A stretch of 64,000 nucleotides of DNA from the NCBI GenBank assembly GCA_001179505.1, contig CDMY01000487.1, positions 1 to 64,000 of the forward strand, read 5' to 3'. The notes under the pieces were generated by a model. That model was not told the origin of the DNA and searched no databases. It was given only the letters and a program-made list of their open reading frames with translations. This document shows, piece by piece, positions 50,324 through 62,400 of this stretch. Positions within the stretch are counted from its first letter, which is position 1. Every line of letters starts with the position of its first letter. Origin of the DNA: Vitrella brassicaformis CCMP3155 (Eukaryota; Protista; Chromerida). The translations under genes were made by a program, and so were the position numbers.

Positions 50324-52311
50324 CTACTCGTGCGACCCCTTTTTGTTCCTCTTGACGAGCTTGTGGCTCTTGGCCTTCTTCTCCTTCCTGGCCACTTGTG
50401 TGTCCGCCATCTCAGCAATGCTCTCGGTCTGGCCTTTCTCGCCCTTGGGCGTGGTCTTCTCCTTCTCGGCGGCCATGGACGACGCACGCACCCAGGAGGG
50501 TATCCAGTGGGTGGGGTCGAAGCCTGCCGCAGAGGCCATGGGGGCTGAGGAGAGGAAAGATGGACACGGAGGACACCATCAGAAAGGTCTGTCGGATGCT
50601 GTGTGTGTGTGTGCTCTGTCTGCGGCGTGGTTGCTGACCGTGACTGTGGTCACCCTCATGAGGGCCTGCGTGAAGTTCTGCACCCACCACCAACAAAGAT
50701 CAGATGACACCAGAGGGTGCGTTGTTTGTGGTGTGGAGTGGGTTGCGCATCGCATCGGTCCCCACCTCTCTTGAGTCCGTTCCTCTTGCCAGTCCACTCC
50801 TGCCGCCACGACCAGACGGGCTGCTTGTCGCCCATGGTCGTCTGCGTGCCCTCCTCCGACTCAGCGGGGAGCTCGCACAGGCCCCTGAAGGCGTGGGTGC
50901 AGACCTCGTCGCCCACCACGCCGTGGATTCCCAACGGCGCCAGGTTGGTGTTGGTCTCCTCGCCCTCGCCGCCCGGCCACACCGAGCTCACGTAGTAGCT
51001 GCATTTCTGACCCTCGTCCAGATAGTTGTCGGGCTGCTCTGCCGGGCCGGGCCAGTAGCTCGTCCCTGCCACCCCAGCCACACACACACAGGGAGATGGA
51101 GATGGTGGGTCTCGCCAGGCGACAGGGGGAGGGGGGTGNNNNNNNNNNNNNNNNNNNNNNNNNNNNNNNNNNNNNNNNNNNNNNNNNNNNNNNNNNNNNN
51201 NNNNNNNNNNNNNNNNNNNNNNNNNNNNNNNNNNNNNNNNNNNNNNNNNNNNNNNNNNNNNNNNNNNNNNNNNNNNNNNNNNNNNNNNNNNNNNNNNNNN
51301 NNNNNNNNNNNNNNNNNNNNNNNNNNNNNNNNNNNNNNNNNNNNNNNNNNNNNNNNNNNNNNNNNNNNNNNNNNNNNNNNNNNNNNNNNNNNNNNNNNNN
51401 NNNNNNNNNNNNNNNNNNNNNNNNNNNNNNNNNNNNNNGTTGTGACTGGAGTTCAGACGTGTGCTCTTCCGATCTGGGGGATGTTTGTGTGTTACGGACC
51501 AAACATCCATGAGGCCGCTGGGCCAGTGGGGTTGCTGGCGTAGGTCCAGCACCTTTGGTCGTACCGCTGAGTGGCCGGGTCGCACTCCTGCACACAGACA
51601 GACAGAGAGCCAACGCGGACACCATGGGGAAGCGCCATGGCGATGGACATGGACGCAGCTCCCTCACTCACTCACTGACCTCTCTCATGACAATGCCGAT
51701 CAGGAAGATCATGTCGTGCTTGGTGCCGTCGATGTGCTGCGTCGCGTTCATCATCACCTCCAAATCAGCCTGACATCACGCACGCACACCAGCCCTTGCT
51801 GAATATGCCCCCTGCCTCTTCCTCTTACGTAAGTGTATGGCTCGGCGAGTTTGCCGCCCTTGGCCTGGCAGGCCTCCTGGTGGCCGAAGTAGTCCATCTG
51901 GTCGTACTGGACCTCGTAGCGCACGTTCTTGGGCGTGGCAGTGATGGTGGTGATGTCAGGAGGCAGGTCTCCAGTGACGGTGGTGACGTCTGTGACGTTG
52001 CCGTCTTCCGTCACGTTGTCGTCCTGGAGGCGGCGGGCGGTGGGCATGGGCCGTGAAGGCGCGGCGGCCTCGTTGGCGGCGGCGTCGCTGATGGTCACCC
52101 AGGAGGGGAACGAGTGCTTGGTCGCAACGGGCGCCGGCCTCCTGTCTGTAAGAGTGAGTGAGGCCACACAACACAGAGTCAGTGATTGTGGCACAGCACG
52201 AGATGGCCGGCCGACTTCTCGGAGCGTGTGGCGTTGCGCACCTTTGGCCACGACGAGTGCGGCGGCGGAGAGGAGGGCAAGGGCAGCGAGCGAACTGCGC
52301 AGGAGCCCCAT
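50324..52311 (-). CDS. Secreted C-type lectin domain protein (interrupted by an assembly gap)
   Basis: Signal MGLLRSSLAALALLSAAALVVA. Motifs YEVQYDQMDYFGHQEACQAKGGKLAEP, IFLIGI, and YWPGPAEQPDNYLDEGQKC...DEVCTHAFRGLCE. Linkage of the last two exons is uncertain. Confidence 0.7.
51139..51438. other. Assembly gap (300 N)
   Basis: Run of N. Confidence 1.
51442..51475 (+). other. Illumina TruSeq adapter remnant (assembly artefact)
   Basis: Exact GTGACTGGAGTTCAGACGTGTGCTCTTCCGATCT immediately after the N gap. Confidence 0.99.
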
Positions 52312-53048
52312 ATCGGTAACACACGTGCTCTGCGGTGGCTGGCGAGGTGGCTGCTGCGGGGGATCCGTCTGGTCTTCACTTCAAATGGCAAACGGCCCAA
52401 ACGGCTCAACGGAACGCATCGTTCCTGGCCATCCTGTCCGGATGCAACTTGTGTGACATTGAGCAGTCCACAGATTGATCAACACATCACGTGCCTGTCG
52501 CTCAAGCGTCTCCATCACCCACTCACCACATTCATCAGATTAGATTGACAGTGGCAGGGCAGCCAAGACAGACACCTCACTTACAACGCACCACGAAGAC
52601 ATACAAACGAAGGCAACTCATAAGCTGATTGCTCCGGCCGGTTGTTGGCAACACTGGCAACACTGCCAACACGCACAGAAGAACCTACCTACCCTACCTC
52701 CCTGCCTACCCACGCACATCGCGCACGCTCATACGAGCATCTTGGGTGACTCAATCGGACCACACCACAAGAATGGCACACAGAGAACCACCCAATGCCT
52801 CGTCTGCTCGACAGGAAGAAAGTGGCTGACAGACGCGGACATCCACATACCACGCACTCACAGAGGGTGACGCACCCTCGATCCCCGCCCACACCCCCCC
52901 ACAAACACACATTCGACGCAGGCACTTGAACAAACATGGGCACACATCCGTCCGTCTACACGTCAATTAATGCTCCCGTCCTTCCCGCCCAACCCCACCC
53001 ACCCCCCGGCTCATCTCGCTCTTTGTGTATCGTCCGCCATAGGGCCAA

Positions 53049-54072
53049 CTAGGCCCCACAGCGAGTGATAACCACGGGCGTATTGGAAGAAGTCACCGGC
53101 TGGTTGTTCAGCACCGCCGGCCTGTCCTGCCCTCCATACGAAGAGGACACCATCGTGGTGTCCGATTCGCCATTAGTCGCGGTCTCCTGGTCGGTCGTGA
53201 CCGGCTGCTCCATGGGCGCCGGAGGGGCGGTGGGGGCCGTGGTGGTGAGGACGGCACTCGACGCCTCGCCACCCTCTTGATCGTCTGCGTTGCCGCCATC
53301 CTCTTCTCCTCCACTGAGGTCGCTTTCCATTAGCCCCCTCATGCGCAAGTACAAGGCCGCAGACTCCTCCTCGTCGAAGTGGAGGGTGATGGCGAATTGC
53401 GGGATCTTCCAGGTCGTGTACCTGCAGAGGAGAAGCAGACCCGGCCAACAGAGAGAAGCTGGATGCCAATCAAGCACGCCGTGTTCAAGGAGACTCGATG
53501 TACCTGCCGCTGATGGACTTGCGGGCGGCGTCGAAGGTACCCGTCACGTCCACTCGGCGCTCCCCCCACGTGCCCTCGCTTCTCTTTTCCCACGACACCA
53601 TCCCAGTAGTCATGTTGTAGAAGCCTTTAACCTTGAACTCGCCGTCTGCGTCGGCGCCCGCGCCGGTCACAGTGCCGTCATGCTCGAATATGAGCAGACA
53701 TTTGGTCGGGAGGGTCACTTTGGTGCCAGATATTCGGTTCACGTAGGTGCCGCGCCACATGCCAGACGAAGGGGGCGAGGCGGTCGGTGTCGGCTGGATA
53801 CGCCTCTCTCGGCTGTGGCCCAGCCAAATGCTCCTGCACTTGTAACCGATGATGACGACGATGAGGATGCCGAAAATGATGCCCATAACGTAGAGCATCA
53901 CTATCAGCGCGTCAGCAGACCCATAGCCGCCACCTCCCCTGAACCGGATTCGCCTCAGTCGGCGGCCCTCGTCCGCATCAGCAAGAGTCAGCACGGCCGA
54001 GAAGAGCACCACAGCGGCCAGAAGCACAGACGATAGACGACGGGTACGGGAAGAGAAAAGCGATTTCGCCAT
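53049..54072 (-). CDS. Type I membrane protein with a cytoplasmic-side beta-rich domain, unknown function (two exons)
   Basis: Signal-like VLLAAVVLFSAVLTLADA and TM segment ALIVMLYVMGIIFGILIVVIIGY. These are followed by SGMWRGTY...LIFEHDGTVTGAGADADGEFKVKGFYNMTTGMVSWEK...VTG, a Gly/aromatic beta-strand pattern. Confidence 0.7.
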
Positions 54073-54397
54073 TTCTGGGATCTTGGACAGATTCCTTCAG
54101 AGGTGATGCAGATGAGCTTCTTGGAGCTGCAGCCGCCCACGACAGCTGGGGAGGGGAGGGAGAGAGAGGGGAGAGAAGAGAAGAGAAAAGAGATGATGAA
54201 GATGCACATGTGACTCTGAGCTCGCAAATCACGATGTGAGGAGAATTTCTCCTCACGTTGCCTGTGGTGGGCTACGCAAGCGCCACCATCACGCCCACCT
54301 CATCGCGAGCTCCCCACCGATGTGCGGGTCGCCTCACCTCTCTCACAAACGAACAATGCAGCCGTTCTATGCCGGCCGCGCTGGACCTGAGTTGCCC

Positions 54398-55557
54398 ATG
54401 CAACAGGAATCAGCAGTCCATGTGCGCCCAATCGTCCTCTTTCTCTTGCTGCTCGCATGCGCCACCCGCTTCTGCCCCTTCTCAACCGAGCCGAACCACC
54501 TGAATACACCCGTGTGCCAATTCGCCATTGCCGAGCATCACGTGCACGACATCTTCCAGCAGCTCAAGAGCTCAGCGCTATTCCGCGCCGGCTGTCCCGC
54601 CCTTCCTGCCGAACGCTACGTCAACGACAACTCCCATGCACACAACACGCCCACCAGCCCATCCCTCGGCCCAGCTACAACCTCGTGCCGATTATCCCGT
54701 CCTTTGAGTGCGCCGTCGAGTAATCTTCGCGCCTTGTGCGCTGGCGGGTACTCTTTCCGGGGCATCACCGCTGCNNNNNNNNNNNNNNNNNNNNNNNNNN
54801 NNNNNNNNNNNNNNNNNNNNNNNNNNNNNNNNNNNNNNNNNNNNNNNNNNNNNNNNNNNNNNNNNNNNNNNNNNNNNNNNNNNNNNNNNNNNNNNNNNNN
54901 NNNNNNNNNNNNNNNNNNNNNNNNNNNNNNNNNNNNNNNNNNNNNNNNNNNNNNNNNNNNNNNNNNNNNNNNNNNNNNNNNNNNNNNNNNNNNNNNNNNN
55001 NNNNNNNNNNNNNNNNNNNNNNNNNNNNNNNNNNNNNNNNNNNNNNNNNNNNNNNNNNNNNNNNNNNNNNNNNNTCCCACCAGCCCACGAGCTCAGCGCT
55101 ATTCCGTGCCAACTATCCCGCCCTTTGTGCGTCGTCGTTTGACCCTCTGGCTGACGGCCACTTCCCCAGGGGCCTCATTTCCGCACCCACCATTGCCGAG
55201 CATCACGTGCACGACATCTCCCACCAGCCCACGAGCTCAGCGCTACTCCGTGCCAACTATCCCGCCCTTTGTGCGTCGTCGTTTGACCCTCTGGCTGACG
55301 GCCACTTCTCCAGGGGCCTCATTTCCGCACCCACCATTGCCGAGCATCACGTGCACGACATCTCCCACCAGCCCACGAGCTCAGCGCTATTCCGTGCCAA
55401 CTATCCCGCCCTTTGTGCGTCGTCGTTTGACCCTCTGGCTGACGGCCACTTCCCCAGGGGCATCACTTATGTGCACTCTACATGTCAAGGGTTGATGATC
55501 TATGACGGACTCGGTGGGTGGTCGGGCAGAGGGTTACATTCGGCATGCTTGCAGTGA
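54398..55557 (+). CDS. Possible secreted 48-aa-repeat protein or decaying repeat ORF, spanning the gap
   Basis: MQQESAVHVRPIVLFLLLLACA is signal-like. IAEHHVHDI...SSALFRA occurs both before and after the gap. One pre-gap copy is out of frame with a stop in the repeat frame. Confidence 0.35.
54775..55074. other. Assembly gap (300 N)
   Basis: Run of N inside the tandem repeat. Confidence 1.
55075..55465. repeat. 144-bp tandem repeat (48-aa period), at least 2.7 copies, extending into the gap
   Basis: tcccaccagcccacgagctcagcgct starts at 55075, 55219 and 55363. Diverged copies lie before the gap at about 54525-54770. Confidence 0.95.
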
Positions 55558-56400
55558 TTGAATGGAAGGGACAGCTAGCTAGTTTTTAGTTTGCACTCTT
55601 GATGGACTCCTCGTGCTGACGCGCTTTCCGTTTCTTTCTGACGATGTCCCTTTCGCGGCACTGCCTTGATGCTCTCCTCAATACTCTCCTCCACGTTTTT
55701 ACCCCACTCGTCGTGCGGGAAGGGCAACACATCACGGTTAATGGCCTTGCTATGATACACGGGATGGATGACTACGGCGGCAGAACCGTGGTAGAGAATG
55801 AACACGAAGAACGGAAGGGGAGTCTTGTTCGTCCACGCCATTCTTTTCTGCTCTTGGCTATTTCGATTTGAAAGAAGGGCGATCACTCGAGATCATAGCC
55901 GTAAATTCTCTGATGACGGTCCCCCAATGGGGGTCCGAATTTGTGCGATCATTGCGTTAAACAATGACCATCAGACGATGAAATATTGAAAGTTGACCTC
56001 AGGGGTATCATGTCCGCAGCGCAAATCATTACAATAATAAAGCCTAGACTCTATAATTGCCTCTCTAACATAACAATTCATGCATTTCCAGTCGCTTCAT
56101 GATTACAGATTGTCTCAAGGTTAGTCCAGGCTGTGTAGAACAGAAATCCACGAAAGGAAAAAACAGACACTCTCCCGATGTGCATGGTTTACATGTGGAA
56201 AAAATACCCCACAACAAGACTCACATCTCATGGACGCGAACGCTCCTGTTCATTCTCATCCACCTCCCTCTCGCCCTCGCCCGAAAGGAAGGCCGTCACC
56301 AGCCTCTCCACGTCGACACCACTTCCTGAATGCCCATCCTCTAACTCACGCCTCTGCACAGACAGAAGCGATGTGTAAATCTGAGCAAATACTGATGCAA

Positions 56401-59400
56401 CTATCCCGCGCGTACCGTGTGTGGCTTAGGGTGTCTCATCCTCTCTTTGGCCTTCTGGAAAGTCCGATATAGCTCACGCCAGCCGCCAGCTTCCTCAAGG
56501 GCCTCAGGAGTGTCGGTTTTGTCGATGATCGACTGTACAAAGCTTGTGTTTTCACTATGCAAAGGGCCTGCAAGACAGCGGGACACACGTGCGCAATGTT
56601 TGATTGTTGTCAGCACCGTCCCACCGGCAACATTGCGGCCCGACGGGCTTCTAATGTACTGTCTCGTCCGTGCTCTGCGGCGAATGTTTTCCTCGTACTC
56701 GTGCTGGAAGGCGACCAACTTGTCGACGACAAGTAAAAGCCTCGACTGTGAATGCAGAGATACGGATGTGTGGACAAGAGAAGAGGCGTGCGTCTATCGT
56801 CTCTTCACCTGTAGGTCGTGCAGTGTCATACCGCTCTTTGCACAGTCCGTCGCAAATCTGCTTGCAGACACAGGCCACACTTACCGAATGCATGCTGCCT
56901 TTTTGTGCCCACCTTTCAGAAGCGATGAATGATGCCTCAGATGGGGTAAAGCCCCTCAACCACACAGACTCTTTCGTTTCCCATATACTTTGGTGACTCA
57001 ACCGACTTTGCGAATGAACAACTGCAAACTCCCGACTGTCACCTACACGCGCACACACATGCACGGACGTAGGAAGGAAGCCAAAAGAAGAGGAGAGGAG
57101 AATTGATAGTTGTTGCGATGTACTTTGCTCAACTGACTGACCTTCACACGGCCGATCGTGAGCGATGCTTGATTCTTTTTGAAGCTGGCTCTGCAAAGCA
57201 AAGCGGCCAAGACAGAGCACTATTCTCACTACTTCTTATGCTGTGTGTCTTACTTTCTTCTTGAAGGAGGGCGAGTGCAGAACAAAGCTATATGACCAGA
57301 GGAAGGCGAGAAAGTCCGGCGGCACCTGGCAAAAATACAAAAACAGAGACGCCATCAATCGGGATACACTGTTTGGAGTTTGACTGACCTCTTTGATATG
57401 CAGCAGATCGACGGCTTCCTGCATGGCCGCACTCAGCATCCGCATCACCAACTCGCCCTTTCGCGCAATCCGCCGCTCTTTGCTATCCCCGCTTGGACAC
57501 AGCGCCTTCACGAAAGACACGATACCACAGAATTGGTCACGCCGCCTCCCGCAGTGCCTGGCAACTTCAGCAGATGAAAGTGTGGTGTGCGAGATGTTGT
57601 CGCTTGTATCCTCTTCCATCAGTGAGAGGTTGCCGCTCTGCCAGTCCAACGACACTCTGCCGAACATCATGCGTCGACGCTCGTCCCGACGTGCGTGCCA
57701 GGCGAGGAGGTGGGACAGCCATGTGACGGGGGGCAGGGTAGAGAGCACAGAGCTCTCTCGTAGAGAGAGCAAGGAAGTAAGCGTGGTCAGCCCTGCACAC
57801 AGGGAGAGATATAGAGATTGAACATGCAGAATTGTGTACTCGAGACGCCTCTCTTACCAAATGTTAGGCGAGGTGACGACAGTCTCTCTGTTCGGCCGTC
57901 TCTTTCGGCTAGTTGCGTGAGGCCGTGGTAGCATATGAGCCACAGGAGGCTCAGGTAGTGATACATGTTCAGGAGCATCGCCAGGAACAACAAAGTGACC
58001 CTTCCATAGTCCGCAGCCTCGCTCTGGATGATCACAGACAGAAGCATGATGGATGTGGTCCAAATGATCAGCCCCTGAGACTCCATGCGGTTCAAGAGGT
58101 TCATGTGTCGGTGATCAAACGGCTGCACAAGCAGGTGAATGGCCGTGGATCCAATTGCGATGATAACCCAGCCAACAAGTTGAAGGCCTGGAACACCGAC
58201 GGCCATGTGAGAGACCAAAAGGACCAACACGCGCCTGGTTGCAGAAGGAACCTAGCAAAAGTGAGGAGCAAAGGCAATCTGCGTGCAAGGGGCACCTCAG
58301 AGCAAAGACGGCGTCCTGCACATACAAGGGCAGAGGAGAGAACAATAGGCGGTTCGCTCAGTGAGAGAAGTGTATCACGTATGAGCCGATGTATATGCGG
58401 GCTCACCCAGTGTGCGTATGGCCGCTTGTATCCCTAGAACCACCAATATATACATAGATGCACATCATCCGCTCCATCCAACCTCTTACCCGGTAGAGGA
58501 AACCAAACCTCTGAGACACATCGGCATGACAGAAGAATCAAAAAGAGTTTAAACTCTTCTTCGTTGCTCGTTTGTGGTCGGTCGTATACCAAGCGCATCT
58601 CGGGCCTATGCAGCTTCTCGCGAAGAGACCGGAGCAGCACAACACCAACAATCACGGGCAAAAAGCTCCACAGCGCCAAGCCAGCCATGCCGATGAAACG
58701 AAACATCTCGTGGGGCCACTCGTGGCACAACAGATCAGGATTCACATCTGGCCGTGACCGCTCTGTGAGGTGATCATCTTCATCCAGGTACGGGTACGCT
58801 CGGCATCGCAGCAGCATCAGCATGTTTCTTGTTACCGTGGGATGCGTGAATGTTAGTGTGACAATGAAGAGCTCCGCTTGGTCATCTACGGCTTTTTTGG
58901 CTTTCGCGCACCAGTCACTGGCAGATCCCGTCCAAATGTGAATCGTATCATCCCGCACTGGCACCGGTGGCTGCCGAGTGAAACGACGGCGACAGCAACG
59001 CATGATGCATCTGCCGCACCACGAAAACAGCGCGCCGATGATGGGCATGACGATGAGACATAGTAGAGGTATGACGATCCACACAGCATGTCTCCACAGC
59101 ACTGCAGTACCGCTTGCCTCAGGACATATCAGCTGTATAATGCAGTCCCACGAGGCGTATGCAAATGGTAGACCTCCGTCCCAGGAAAATAGGCGCGATG
59201 AATAGGTCATCCAGGATGAGAATCGGTCATCGTCGTAAGCCATAGACAAGACCAGCATGGCCAATACGCTTATCTGCCAAGAGGAAGGATATATGCATAC
59301 TGCGATCAGACTGGCGATGCATGTACCGATGTGAGATGGTTGAGTGCCACTTTGAAGAGAACTGGAATCACGTCGTCGCGAGGCCTACTTCCAATCCTGC

Positions 59401-62400
59401 GCACGGAAAAACAACATCTCTTGTACAGCTGCGTGCGTCCTGTTGTGACCATACCTTTGTACAAGGTATGTCAAGCTAAAGATAATAGCAAGGGACACAC
59501 AAACAAGTCCGAGAGCCGCAAGAATGTTCACGTTTAGTGCGAAACACTGAAGGCAGGGCTGTAGTGGTCCTTGGCTCGCATAGCCATTCTTGCAGACGCC
59601 ACATATGAAGCCCTGATGGCCTTCCTGTACTCGCACACATACACACGCAGAGAGAGAGAGAGAGAGAGAGCAGCTGACGATCTTTCCGTTCCTGAATGCG
59701 ATTTGACGATTACCGCGCACTGAGTGAGTCCCGTGTTGTCATCTGTGCCAAGGCATGCCTTCTTGAAGGGGCAGGAAATCACCACAGGCAGGCGCGTCAG
59801 TCCGGCAGCATACCTGTACATAGAAGTGGGCGCTTTCATACACATTTCCCTATAAACACTGGTCTCACGTGGTTGTTTCTGTCCCATTGTTGATTAAATC
59901 TCGCGTTACTGTTAGCTGGTAGTAGTCTTTGAGCAGACGCACCATTGTTCTGTTAACAATGGGCTTGTCACATTTGATGCCCTCAATGCACTCCACACAT
60001 ACACGCTTCTGGCTGTCCCTGCGGAAGAGACGCAGACAGTAACTGAAAGATAGACGTCAATCCCTGCAATGTGCCAACCTGATGTATCCCTTTCGACAGA
60101 AGCATGCCTCTGGGCCTCTGCTGCCCTCAGCCGATAAGAAGTCCTCTCCACATGAATGGCACTCTCCCTCAAGCTCTTTCGACAAGACGCCATAAGAACC
60201 TACAGTGGAATGTAAGTATCGTTCTTGTTATGCTCTTGTCTTGTCGTGTTTTAGGTTATGAGCAAACTACCTGAAGTACACGGCTGACATATTTCGGACT
60301 TATTAATAAAGTAGCCAGCTACACACTTTGGCTTGCAAGTGCCGGAGCTGCTTTTGAAGTAGCCATCAACACACTCACACGAACTAGCACCGGCTTCAGA
60401 CACTGAAAGAATGACAGAAGGAAAGGGCGTTACCGCACATTTTCCCCCGGAAGTTCTTGCATGTTTTGTTGTCTCACTAGATCCAACGGGGCAGAGATGA
60501 CATCGAGAGGTGCCGACGTTGTGATTGGAGAATGATCCTGTCTCACAAATAGTGCAGCCTTGCCCTTCGCCAGCGTACCCAGGAATGCAGCGACACAGAG
60601 CCGATAGGTTCACTGAAACATCCACCTTCACACGAGGACATGAATCGGCATCCATATGTGGGTGACTGACAGCGTGTTGTCTCTATAGTCACTCACCTGT
60701 ATGTCATTCATTGTGCGACACACGCTCGAACACTGATACCCTTCGCCTATCAGACGCACAGTAGAGTTATTACAACGATACACAAGCTGCTCACTTCCAG
60801 CTTGCTTACGTGTTGGGTCGTCCCAATGAGGGTCACGGACCAGGTGAAAATTGTACTTCAATTCATCCTCAAAATTGAACAGTTCAGAGCATCCCTGAAC
60901 GATAGCAGGGGAACTTGCCCGTTGAAAGTACTTGTCATGCTGCCTCACTCACCTTGATTTCGACCGTATGAATGAATAGCCTTAAATCAGGATTCGACGT
61001 TAAGTCCACTTTTTTGGGCCAACGATGCCAAAAACGGGACAGCTCAAACTTCTCTAGCTTGTTGTCGGACAAGTTGAGTTTAGCAGCGAGCACGGGGCGG
61101 GGCATATCGACTCTCGGAGTTCTCGGAGCTACCCAATTATCGAGTATCGACACCATCGTGATATTGTTGACAGAAAGATCCAGAAGGCCTTCGGATGAGA
61201 GAGCCTTTAAGCTGTCTCTTGAGCGAACACTATACTGCTTCTGCAGGCATCAAGAATACCGAGAGTTGGCGCAGGTAAAGTAATAGAGGCATCACCGTGT
61301 TGTACCTCGCAAGGCCTGGCAATCCACTCTTGCAGTTCCTCTATGTCAAAATAGCATAGAGCGTCGGAAGTTATTGCTCCAGATAAGTGACAGTCTACGC
61401 AGCGGAGATATATAAGGCTGAACACAACACAAGCACACTTAATTTATTTGTATGTTATGCGTCTCTTGCTGACCTTGGCAGCGCTCGAAATGCCTGTAGG
61501 AAGTCAACAACGTCGATCCCCAAAGGGTTGTCCGAGAAATCTAGCCTTCTCACAGCAGGCCCTGAAGAAGGCACATAGATGCGCTCATCTAGTCCTACGC
61601 ACATGTCCATCATACAATTGGGAGGTGGCACCACTGGTAGCAACTCGTCAGCTTCAGAGAGCGTCGCTAGAAGGACAGAACAAGAGAATACGGGCAATAT
61701 GCCTATCCACTTTGCCTACATATAGAGTCAGCATAGCTGACACAGTATCCCTTTGGCGTCTGAAACCACCCTGGCCAGCCATGCGAATCAATATTGTTGT
61801 TCCTCAAATCTATTTCCTTAACGGCAGGCAGGCGAGACCATGTGGACGGAATGAAACGGAGAGCACTGTTGCTAAGATAAAGGTACTCTAGTCTGAGGTG
61901 GAAAGAAAAAACGACAACTATGAGATAGAATCGCTTTGTGTCTTACGTCTCGGGAAGGGATGCGTTGCCATGAAAACCCTCAATGCGATTTTTTGAAAGA
62001 TCTAGCTTCTTAAGCGAGTGAAGGGATTGTAGAGGTGGCAATACGCCGCTGAGGGAGTTACTGCTGAAAACGAGTTCCTCTAGCTTAGCCCATTTCTCAA
62101 GCGAGGCCGGAAGAGCTGTCAGCCTGCATTCAATAAGAATCAGAGCACAGGAGCGGTATACACGTTGGTTGACAGCAAGACTATTACTTGTTGTGGTCCG
62201 CGATAAACTCTTTCAGTTCTGTGCATTCCCCCAGCCCGTCAGGCACGGGGCCCTCAAACTGTACACAGCGGCAGACAAAAGAGGAGAGACATTTGTCGGC
62301 AACACATGAGAGACATCCGCCTGTGTCTCTCGATTTCGTGTCGGACCATATTATCGCTCAAACGCAATATCTCCAGCTTTCGGAGTGGCCCAAGGGCGTC

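Noticed and set aside
50656-51667. Long ORFs crossing the N gap
   Set aside because: They are artefacts of N translation and adapter sequence.
55075-55465. CRISPR array or LTR
   Set aside because: The units are contiguous 144-bp copies with no unique spacers. No TG...CA ends, PBS or gag/pol motifs were seen.
55575-55886. 103-aa minus-strand ORF
   Set aside because: No recognisable motifs or splice context. It cannot be supported as a gene.
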